A stretch of DNA of 16,020 nt from Azolla caroliniana (taxonomy: Eukaryota; Plantae; Polypodiophyta). Position numbers and translations under genes: made by a program. Each line of letters starts with the position of its first letter. Position 1 is the stretch's first letter. Shown piece by piece: positions 1 through 9,409 of this stretch. The notes under the pieces are model-generated. The model was not told the origin of the DNA and did not search any database. It was given only the letters and a program-made list of their open reading frames with translations. Where the stretch lies: the NCBI GenBank assembly GCA_043228905.1, contig JBHGNT010000764.1, positions 1-16,020 of the forward strand, read 5' to 3'.

Positions 1-96
1 ACCTCTCTATCTCCTCGATGTAACACACCCATATTGTTGTTTAAATTCCAATAATTGACCATCTCAACCAATCACACATCTTACCTTTATCTAATA

Positions 97-359
97 TTTA
101 GGTGAGGTTATTCTTTGAGACAATAATAAGCAAGCATTTGCTCCACGTTTGTTTGTTTAAACATCTCAAATGAATGAGAGTCGCTTCCCTACTTCCAACA
201 TTTATTTATCCTTTTCTCTTAACCCTAGTTTTAGGTGAGATTATTGTTTAAGACTTAAAACCCTCAAGAGTTAACACAACCTTTATTTGTTTACTCCATT
301 CAAATCAATCAAAGTCTATTTTTTGTCTCCAAATTTTAGATGAAGTTACTCTTTTAGAT
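97..359 (+). repeat. Three diverged copies of a 25-bp motif
   Basis: TTTAGGTGAGGTTATTCTTTGAGAC (97-121), TTTAGGTGAGATTATTGTTTAAGAC (230-254), TTTAGATGAAGTTACTCTTTTAGAT (335-359). Confidence 0.7.
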
Positions 360-1284
360 ATTTAGCAACTAATTATTTGCATGCATTGAGTTCCATACCT
401 TGACAATTGGTGCGACAATAATGACACTAGAGATGTTCTAGTATCATCAAACGCATAAGTGTGACACATTTCAATTCAAATTGTTGGCATTTCAGATAAT
501 GGGCATGTTCCATAAAGATTTTAATAAAGAGCGTCATTCTTGAATCTCAACTATATCTCATGAATCACTATTGCACTCCAAAAAGGTTTGGCTAAAACAT
601 TATTGCCATTTCCTTGGCACTTGCAATGCACAGTCAAAACAAACAAAATATCATCATTCGCGTTGTACGTGGATATATAATATGGTATTACATACACATA
701 AGATAGTAAAATACAAATCCAAAGAAATCCATATGTGTCCTATCGTTGAAACAAGTCGAAATAACCATGGTACTATCATGACAACACTCGTGTGACCATC
801 ATTGAGCTAGAACTATATGATGATATCACTTGAGAAATTACATGCACAACAAAGCGCAATTCATTCCTCTAAGAATGTGTTTAATTATTATTAACGGAAG
901 TCAAGAAAGGAGTTAGTTGAGAAAACAAGTAATTGAGGAATTTGTATGTATTGTTTTATGTATCGAAACGGGCAACAAGATTAATTTGTTTAAGTCATTG
1001 TGCAACAAATGAGGTGTTTGTAATCGTTAATATTGAACATCTAAGAAGGGTTGGGTATGTAGCCAAACAAACCTTGAATGGTAAGGAATGTTGTTGGTTA
1101 GTGGATTGTGGTGGACATCTCACATGATGATGATTCACACCCTTGATAATAAGCACGGAGTGAAAATTACTTAATGATGCTTAAAACATGGTAGTAATGT
1201 GTGTAACAACACTCTATTATTAATTCTCTCAATTTGTGCAATTGATGTTATGTTTCAATATTGAAACACATCACTAAATGTCGA

Positions 1285-1464
1285 CATTCATTTATTCATA
1301 CACAAAGATGTATTCATACATACATACACTAGAGATAGGTTCATTCATTCGTATACATACATATATTCATTCATTCATACCCACATGCACACAAACATTC
1401 ATGCACTCCACACACATTCATTTATTCATAACATAGATATATTCATATGGGCATTAATTCATAC
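1285..1464. repeat. CATT/CATA/CA-rich degenerate simple-sequence tract, left half
   Basis: Many ATTCATA, CATTCATT and CATACA units; G-poor on the + strand. Confidence 0.85.
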
Positions 1465-2797
1465 TTTTTTCTTTTTTCCAAAAAAACACTCTTTCCATTA
1501 GTTATAAAATTTTACAAATGAGATGATTATGTACAAGGGACGCGATAGTTCCATCTTATGTGGATGCCCACTGATTCAAGAAAGGGAGAGGACGACCATT
1601 GTTGGATGAAGGCTATTCGTTGTCTTTCAACTCTCTCGGAGCCGCCCTTAAGGCCATCAGATTGGCTCTTCAAAGTGGCTACAATTTCACTCCATATCTC
1701 TTGCAGTAACCTTGTTGGATGTGTGGTTTGGTGGGAGAAGACTCGTCTACATCGTTGTTTCCATAGAATCCAAAGAGTTATTGGGCCGACCAATTCCAAC
1801 ACCTCTTGAGATTTGTCATTAAGAGGAGTGGAGTGGACATTGCCGTTGGAGGAGAAAAAGACCTCTTGTGCTTTTATCATCAAAGTCATCCCCTCCTCCT
1901 GATGCTCGTATCTGCCAATTGTGGCCTGCCATGATAACTAACATATATTTCCCCACTTGATTGAGCCTTGCACCTGGCATAATTGCAACAAGCGGCCAAC
2001 CCCTGCCATATTCGATGGGACATTGGGCAGTCCTACAGAGTGTGTCGTATTGATTCTACTGCATGTGGGCAATCTACACAATTAAGAGAGCTAAGGTTCC
2101 CACGTTGCCATGCTCCCACCGGTAGGGATTTATGTATTAATAGCCATTGGAACGTGGTAATTTGCCTCGCGTGTTGTTGTTTCCAGATTTTCTGCCAAAA
2201 CTGGGTGATTATTGAGGGAGGAACTTGAAATGTGTGCCGGACCTTCGCAACAGCCGGCTCTCGAGCGGTTTGAGTGGCTAGAATGTGGCGACCCAATCTA
2301 GTTGTGAATTGGAAGAAAGGGATGGGTTTGCTTCCTTGCCCCGCATAGGGATCACGCCATGTCCATTGCAAAGGGTCCCAACTGACCTTGCGTAGCCATG
2401 TGTTTTCATGAATACATATGGGCCAATCGGGTTGTACTTTGATCAGATCAGGATCTACAATCCATTTATGACTAGTATACACAAGTACTTGAATTGCATT
2501 ATTATGTGTTGGTGTCTCAGTGTCTCACAATTTAGAGCCTTCGAGTCTGTCTGGTGGTCCCCTACCTCTTGGGATCAGAGATCCCTCCTCCTTGTGGCCT
2601 ATCCATTTCTCCATTGTCGTCCTTTGAGTAGTAGATTCCCTAATCAGTAGAGCGTTAATGTTTTCTGATCTCATAGTCCATCCACCCCCGATTCCATGGA
2701 GTATGTTCGCCTGATCTTGTAGTCGCAGTGACATAAACCGTCGCCAACATTCTATACTTTTTTCATACTTACCTAAATTGCAGATAGGTTCACAGTT
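1465..2797 (-). mobile_element. 5'-truncated degenerate non-LTR retrotransposon (L1/Tx1-like LINE), ORF2 C-terminal zf-RVT region plus A-tail
   Basis: Minus-strand translation gives FWQKIWKQ...ITTFQWLLIHKSLPVG...CVDC...ESIRHTL*DC (CCHC zf-RVT signature), then ITLWILWKQRCRRVF (the W-x-x-W-K-x-R motif of plant L1 ORF2). In-frame TAG stops lie at 2035-2033 and 1940-1938 with a frameshift between them. The T-run at 1465-1477 is an A-tail on the minus strand. GC content is higher than the flanks. The 5' boundary is approximate. Confidence 0.88.
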
Positions 2798-3097
2798 CAT
2801 TCATTCATATTTATACATGTATTCATTCATATATGCATACAAATTCATACACTACACACTCATTCATACATTGCACTCATTCGTTCATTCATTCACATAC
2901 ATCTATTCATAGAATCATTTATTCATGCAAACACACACACACACACACATTCAAACACATACATAGATTCATACAATCATTGATCCATACATAGGTGCAA
3001 ATGCATACACATTCATATGTACAAACATTTATACACTCATTCAGTCATACATACATAACACACGTGTGCACGTATGTACATAAGTATTAATATTCAT
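2796..3097. repeat. CATT/CATA/CA-rich degenerate simple-sequence tract, right half, including (AC)9 at 2931-2948
   Basis: Same motif vocabulary as 1285-1464, resuming directly after the LINE fragment. Confidence 0.85.
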
Positions 3098-4122
3098 TTT
3101 AGGTAAACATGGAGCCATCTGATGATTTATGGATAACCATTCCAACACTCCTCTTCATTGCAAGAAATCTGATGCGGGTGTTGCGACTAAGCAATAAGGA
3201 ACATAAAGAGGAGATGGAGTTCTTACAAACTCTAGTGTGAGGAGTTCCATAAGTGTGTAAGTCAATTGCGGATAAACATACTTCATTTTTTAGTTCCGAT
3301 GTCAACATCCACATCAACGCCATCACCATCTCCAATGCCACCTATAGGTACAATTAGTACCTTGAGAGATCTAACACATTCGAATATGCAATCTTGCTCA
3401 ACCATGAGCCACCATTTCCAAGTTCTAGGTAGGTGCATTGTGTATCAATATATGGGTTCTCAATATTAAATACTCAATTTATTTACATGATTAATGCAAA
3501 AGGGCTCGTGTTGAAGATACCACCTAACCAACACAACGAGATGAGGGTGTTGAAAAGTCCACATTTCCCTACTTTACTTTCCTTGTAGATAAAATTTACT
3601 ATAATTTCAGGATTTTTCTAGTTTTTTCTTTGGGTAAGTTTGAGGCATCACCGAAGTCATAGCCAACCAACTTTTGGCATGGCCTCAAATGTTCCATGTG
3701 GATTAGCATACATGGAGTGAGTCCAACCTCAAAATGGCAAGCCATTAGCTTTTACACAAACATGTGTTGGTTATCTCGAAGCGCAAGCTACTTGGTTTGC
3801 GGATCGGGTGACTAAGAAGGTAAGGAATATTCTAAACCATAGATGTCAAAAGTATGGCCGTCCAAGTTCTCTTGGGCCACTGGGTAGACTTGTGAAACCT
3901 ACGCAATTTGATATCTACGAGAACCATTTTTGGACTCCCCCTCTTCTTCCAACAAAATTCTTAGTTGATGATGCTAGTACTTGCACATGTGTCTAAAATG
4001 GTGTGAACCTTGGGATCGTCAACTATATCTGAGGCTTGATCCCACACGCCCTCATGATTTGCAACCCTATGATTTGCTTCATGATACACCATAGGCACCA
4101 CCTCCCTCCACCTATTAGCATA

Positions 4123-4355
4123 TAAGAATCGGCAACGGTTTGGTTTTGGCTCAACCGGTTTGGCCATGTCCAAACCAAACCGTTTAAGCCAAAACCGGTT
4201 TGGAGGTTTCCAAACTTGAACCGAACCAGTTTAGGTTAACCGGTTAAGCCTAAACCCGTTTAGTAACCGGTTTAGCCAAGCCGATTAAGCCTTAACTGGT
4301 TTAGGCTTAACAAGTTTGAGCAATCCCAAACCAAGCTCAAGCCTAAACCAAACCA
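4123..4355. mobile_element. AACCGGTT/AAACC-rich block resembling the subterminal region of a non-autonomous hAT/MITE DNA transposon
   Basis: At least four exact AACCGGTT palindromes plus variants (AACCGTTT, AACCAGTT, AACTGGTT, AACCGAACC) within ~230 bp. The left edge TAAGAATCGGCAA resembles TAGGG..GGCAA-type hAT termini. No target-site duplication found. Confidence 0.55.
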
Positions 4356-6112
4356 GCAAAAGCCAGCAAACATTATTGTTTGTTTCACTGGGACACATTG
4401 TGTGGCTGCCCATCATGCATACTCAAGAGTTTCTGGAATGTCATTGCTTTTACATTTTTGTTGTGGTCTTCTTGATCATGGTGAACCATCATTTTCACTA
4501 CTGTCTACACTGGCGCTGCCAAACCCTAGAGGCAAGTGTGCCTCAAGAGCCTACCTACTGAACTTGCAGAGTTTGCTGAACAAAACCTCTGCAATCTAAA
4601 GCATTTAGCCAGTGAATCCAATCAGTGTTGACATCATTGATGAATTGGCTTGGCTGGGCTATAGAAAAGCAAATATAGATTCAGCAGCGATCCAGCCCAT
4701 TATATTTCCATTCAAGTTCGAGGTTCAAAACCGATTTTCAAGTTCGATCGAGAAGCAACTTCACAATTGTTTGAAATGACATCTTACCATATCTGAAATA
4801 ATTTGATGAATTATGGAAAGGTGCTTCTTTCGGATTCTTGTTGTCGGAATTCAATGAGTTATGATAAGCACACCATGAGAAATAAGGGAATTATTCTTCA
4901 TGTACTTAATTGAGCTCATTATGAGACCTACAGCATCTTAAATAGATGTGGAGTGCATTGTTTTGACATTCGAATAACACAATTAATATTTAAAAGCACA
5001 GAATCTTACATGTTACGGTGACTGATGATCAGGACATACAGCCCTTATCGAAAGAAGAGATTTCTCCTGTATTCTAATGAAGTAGTTCAGGTACACCTTT
5101 TAGGGCATACATATCAGATGATCAAAGGAAGGAGTTACCATGCAAAATTTAACCCGAAGTAACATACCTGCTCTTATAACACACCATTAGATGATCACAA
5201 GTTGTATGCAGTTCATTTAAGTAAATAAGACCAGGGTAGTCTTATACATTTCAAAAATCCAAAAAGCTAGAGACCGTCAGCTCATTTCACGCTTTTTCCT
5301 TATTGGATACGTTGCAGTGACCATGTTTACTAATGTAGGCCTTCATGTAAAGGGAATGGTGTCCTCATATTTTGTCTGATGTACACCTAAAGGCTATTCC
5401 ACCTTACACTTCTAATTAACAAAACCAATCAGTTCAAAAACATATGCTGTGCCAGAAGATAAATTCAAGGACTTGGTGGTGGTAGATCATTGAAACAACT
5501 TCGGATTAAATGGGGTCTTTTTGCCCAATTTAGAGCTACAAAATTAAACAGTCAGCATGTCACTCTTGATTGTAAATACAAAGTAAAAGATTTTCATTCA
5601 TGACCTCAAATAGCAGTCAAAAAGAATGAATGGTGTTTAATATCTCAGGCTTAAAAAGAAGCTTAAAAAGAGACGCTTTGAGACACTCCTACATAAACAA
5701 AAATCCTAGAAAAGCAGTGAGCATCTCATCGAACTACAGACAGCCATAATATTTGGATGATGAAGCTTTCCTTTTGTCTAGGGTTGTAAGTGTACAATTG
5801 CACACAATACATAGCTACCTACATTAGCTAGTAACCCATAGCAGCCTCTCATTACATTACAAAAAGCAAAAGGTTGTGTTGAATTTCTAACTGCCTCAAT
5901 ATACATCCTAGACAGTATTCTCCAAAGTAACACCCCAATTTTTTTAAGATCTTTTTAAGCAAAAACATTTGCCACATTTGTTCATTTAAATCATTTTCCT
6001 TCCTCTGCTAAAAATGTCATGATCAATACTGGAGCCTACCTAGAGAACAAATTTCATCAGGAGAAACCCAGTTTCATGAGGACAACTAGTAAGAGTTAAT
6101 GAAAGATTATGT

Positions 6113-6190
6113 CTATTCATCATCCTCATCCTCATCATCGTCCTCATCATCTTCATCATCATCCTCTCCATCATTCTCAGCACCATTACC
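6113..6190 (-). CDS. NRP: NRP exon 10, acidic tail to stop ([25 protein letters not shown])
   Basis: TAGCAG tandem acceptor (exon start 6190, or 6193 if the TAG is used); stop TAG at 6115-6113. Confidence 0.88.
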   Translation of the reverse strand, partial: GNGAENDGEDDDEDDEDDDEDEDDE

Positions 6191-9100
6191 CTGCTAATCA
6201 ACATGGAGTCTTGCTTTAACATACTATATACAGTAACTCAGGCAATTTATGTAAAGCTTCTGATTTATTTACGGAATAGCTAGGTCGGGCTCTTCATTTC
6301 ATTTGAAGCCCAATGTTTACCTGGTCTTCTCCATCCTCATCTTCATCCTCATCTTCTCCATCCTCAAACTCATCCTCATCATCATCTGCTTCCTGAGACA
6401 TTAGATAAGAAAATTTAAAGAATCCTCAAACCCATCTTCTACAATCCTTACAATTCACATAGCAAGGCAATGTGTTAAAGACTTACATTATTGAAATATT
6501 TCAGAGGATTTGGCCACAAGTCTTCCTTGATTATCTCTGCAACCTAAAACATTTGGAAGACCACAAGTCCAATCAAAGTCAAAACAGAAATCAATTAAAC
6601 TGATCATGAAGCAATCCAATAATGTATGCAGATCAAAGCAATAAACTAACAAGCTACTATGTAAAAGAAAGTAACCTCGTCATTGACACCATCAGACGAC
6701 TCCTTTTGGTCTGTGTCACTAAACCATTTGAAGAAACTGCACAAACCTTATCAAACCATCAGTCTTTTCTATTCACATGAGCAGCTCCAGTAAAACTCAG
6801 TACATAAAAATGAACCATTGATAAGGTATTAACTTTCATATTACGCACACATTTTAAACTCCCTAATATCTAGTTTATCAATAACTTGAACCATCAGTCT
6901 TTATTATTCACATGAATAACAACCACATAACTCAGAACTTAAAATAAATCATTGAATACATATTAACTGTCATATCTTATAATTCTTTTTGTTGTTCAGG
7001 AACAAATGTCCAAATACACAAACTGACCTTTCTTCTAGAAAGGATCTCTTGTTCCCATCCTTGGTGGGAGCATTACCATTAGTAAAATCCTGAGAAAATT
7101 ACTAGATACTTTCAGCAAAGATAGATCAAATGAAGCATAAACACCATTGAATGCATCAACAAAGAACACATTGAAGACAAAAGAAGAATACCATGCCCTC
7201 CTTCCAGCGCGGGTGGGTGCCTGATATTGATGTTGTGCCTTCATCAGAAAAGCGGAAAACCTTAACAAGCTTACTATCTTCGAAGTAAGGATTTGGACGA
7301 AATGTCTGGAAAAACAATTGATCCGAGTTTAAATTTCAGAAATGAAACAAAATCAATACATACAAGAAATATTAGAGAACCACATACAAATGTAATGCTG
7401 TATCCAGATTTCACATCCTTGAAATCTTCAACGTCTAAAGATTGCAGGAACTTAAAAACCTGCAACAAAACGTTTGGAAATGATTTCATTCAATATTATT
7501 TCTTCAATAAAAGCTCACAAAGACTCAATTCAAGAGAAAAAACAAAACTATAAACATTACCTGCTGATCTTCTTCCGTAAGTAGTTCACATAATGCAGGA
7601 TGGCTCAGAAACTATCAAGATCAAACCAATGTCCAACCAGTAAAAGCACAAGAGTAAGTCATTGAGTTCAGCAGCTAGCATTACACTTTGAATAACCATT
7701 ATTAATGTTAACCTAAGATACTCTTATTCGAGATTCTATGGTATAGAATAGGTAAATACAGCTTTGCTATTGAAACACTCTAAATATAAGAAGAGAGGAA
7801 AAGTATGGAAACATGTTCATAAACATAGAGACAAAAATTATAATGATTTTGCTTACGGCAGTTAACCAAAAATCAGCAATTCCTTCGATGATTTCATTCC
7901 TCTTATGGTATATGGGCCGCCTTACTTCATTATACTTCTGCTCAACTTCGAGAACCTTGTCACTCGCTTCCTCATTCACCTATCATACGGGAATACAGAC
8001 GTTCAATTAACTACAGAAACGCAGATAAGAATGTTGTTTTTTAGATGATACAAGATGTAAGAGAAACTGAAACCAAAAGAAAAAAAAAAGGTGATTGCTT
8101 GGTTTCATTTCATAATTTTTGTGGCGGAAGAAATGCTCTTCTATCGATGCATCAAGAAAAATGAAGAAAATCAAAGACGCAATTAGTGTGGATCAATAAA
8201 CAAAATAGAAAACAAGATCCTCAACTCGCATCCAGAGAAAAACCAAACCCACGGAGGGAAAACTAGAATTGATGAATTCTGTCAGATATGAGATTGTTTT
8301 AATGAATTTCAAATACGACTTAAGAGCAAGTAAGCAACCATCTGTGAAAGGATAGAGCAATTTACAAAGGTTCATGCTCCTCAAATAAAAAATGGAAGTG
8401 AAACCACCCTCTAAAATCTCACTGATAATTGTAGCTAATGAGCTTAGAAACCTAACCTAAGCAGAAAACCCAAATACAGGAGAAGCCTCCACGGAATCAA
8501 AATGAATGGCAATGGTGAAAACAATAAATAGAAGGCGTTGAGGAAAGAAGAAAGAGTTTTCTTCCCTGATCAGATTTCAAAAAAACGCAAAACTACACAG
8601 AACAAGGGGGAAATGTTAAAAAGAGGAAAGAATCACTATTTCCCGTTTATTGTGGTCTGTATCAAGCAGAAATCGAATTGAAAGGATGCGATCAGACATC
8701 AGAAACTGAAATAAAAACGTTCCTTTTAGCTCCATTTCCTTCAAGAAAACTATCAGGAAAGGAATCAAACAGAAACAGCGCTACATTTCTCTTGTTGGTA
8801 GTGTACATTAAACGGGCAACAAACGAGCGCCTTACAAATTAAGTAGATTAATTTCTCTAGAACATATGCCACACAAGACAGGAGAAACAGCGGAAAATTT
8901 GAGCAGCACATCGAATAAACGCGAGATAAAAGCCAAAAAAGAAAAGAAAAAGGAGGACTTCATTTTCTCAAGTTGAACAATGAATATCCTGCAGGAGGTT
9001 CTGAGCGACCAAAAGCTGAAGAGAAGGCGAGAAAAACGAACAGGAAGCTTATCAGAGAGAAGAGGAAGAGGAAGAGGAAGAGGAGCACTTACTTTCTCTA

Positions 9101-9209
9101 GTGCGTCTTGGACATCCTGCAGCTTCTGGATGGAAAGGACGAGTTCCGTGTCGAGCTGTTCCGAGCCATCGTCTTCTTCGACCTTCGCTTTCTTTCCTTT
9201 ATCAGTCAT
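6113..9209 (-). CDS. NRP: NAP1-related protein (NRP, SET/TAF-I-like histone chaperone), 10 coding exons, 268 aa: join(9209-9093, 7979-7857, 7611-7561, 7459-7388, 7305-7192, 7089-7028, 6736-6676, 6543-6487, 6392-6321, 6190-6113)
   Basis: All nine introns read GT...AG on the minus strand, and the exon phases join into one open frame. The protein has NAP/SET family motifs ([76 protein letters not shown]) and an acidic tail. It lacks the C-terminal CaaX motif of plant NAP1 proper, so it is NRP-type. The paralog number cannot be assigned. Confidence 0.96.
6321..6392 (-). CDS. NRP: NRP exon 9, acidic ([24 protein letters not shown])
   Basis: CTCAG acceptor ending at 6393; 72 nt; donor GTAAAC at 6320. 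Confidence 0.92.
6487..6543 (-). CDS. NRP: NRP exon 8 ([19 protein letters not shown])
   Basis: TTTTAG acceptor ending at 6544; 57 nt; donor GTAAGT at 6486. Confidence 0.96.
6676..6736 (-). CDS. NRP: NRP exon 7 ([21 protein letters not shown])
   Basis: TGCAG acceptor ending at 6737; 61 nt; donor GTTACT at 6675. Confidence 0.93.
6754..6977. repeat. Diverged ~89-bp direct duplication inside NRP intron 6
   Basis: AACCATCAGTCTTT..TATTCACATGA...AACTCAG...CATTGA...TATTAACT.TCATAT at 6754-6842 and 6889-6977 (offset 135). Confidence 0.85.
7028..7089 (-). CDS. NRP: NRP exon 6 ([20 protein letters not shown] + split Ser codon)
   Basis: TTTTCTCAG acceptor ending at 7090; 62 nt; donor GTCAGT at 7027; phase 2 matches exon 7. 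Confidence 0.92.
7192..7305 (-). CDS. NRP: NRP exon 5 ([38 protein letters not shown])
   Basis: TTTTTCCAG acceptor ending at 7306; 114 nt; donor GTATTC at 7191. Confidence 0.95.
7388..7459 (-). CDS. NRP: NRP exon 4 ([24 protein letters not shown])
   Basis: TTGCAG acceptor ending at 7460; 72 nt; donor GTATGT at 7387. Confidence 0.96.
7561..7611 (-). CDS. NRP: NRP exon 3 ([17 protein letters not shown])
   Basis: TAG acceptor ending at 7612; 51 nt; donor GTAATG at 7560. Confidence 0.95.
7857..7979 (-). CDS. NRP: NRP exon 2 ([41 protein letters not shown])
   Basis: TAG acceptor ending at 7980; 123 nt; donor GTAAGC at 7856. Confidence 0.96.
9093..9209 (-). CDS. NRP: NRP exon 1 ([39 protein letters not shown])
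   Basis: ATG in GCC-ATG context at 9209; 117 nt; followed by donor GTAAGT at 9092. Confidence 0.95.
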
Positions 9210-9393
9210 GGCGGAGAAAGCAGGAGAGAGAGAGAGAGAGGAAGGAAGGAAGGAAGGGAGGAAGGAATGGAGAAGAAGAAGAAGAAGAGGAAGGAATGCA
9301 GAGAAATCAGACAGAGAAAACAGAGATGGAGGAGAAAGGAGGGAAAAAAAAAAACAAATGAATACAGAAGGAGGAGGAGGAGGAGGAGGAGGA
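9210..9393 (-). repeat. Probable NRP 5' UTR made of pyrimidine-rich microsatellites (+ strand: (GA)8 at 9224-9239, GAAG and GAA runs, (GGA)8 at 9370-9393)
   Basis: Read directly. CT-rich leaders are typical of plant genes. There is no minus-strand ATG in the interval. The TSS is not determinable. Confidence 0.75.
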
Positions 9394-9399
9394 CTGTGT

Positions 9400-9407
9400 A
9401 AACCCTA
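9400..9407 (+). promoter_or_regulatory. Telo-box (AAACCCTA)
   Basis: Exact AAACCCTA(G) about 190 bp upstream of the NRP ATG, a typical position for plant telo-boxes. Confidence 0.65.
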
Positions 9408-9409
9408 GA

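Noticed and set aside
1558-2650. Plus-strand ORFs of 80-83 aa
   Set aside because: Antisense shadows of the LINE ORF2 remnant.
4928-5167. Box C/D snoRNA around TGATGA at ~5023
   Set aside because: No properly placed CTGA box D with a terminal stem, and no recognisable rRNA-complementary guide.
6040-6222. Met-rich 60-aa ORF
   Set aside because: An off-frame reading of the GAT/GAG acidic codons of NRP exon 10.
8832-9209. 125-aa ORF as a standalone protein
   Set aside because: It is NRP exon 1 reading through the GTAAGT donor at 9092 into a pyrimidine-rich intron. Family similarity stops at ...DALEK.
8980-9408. Plus-strand Arg/Glu/Gly-rich ORFs (142, 86 and 97 aa)
   Set aside because: They are antisense to NRP exon 1 and its microsatellite leader, and stay open only because of purine repeats.
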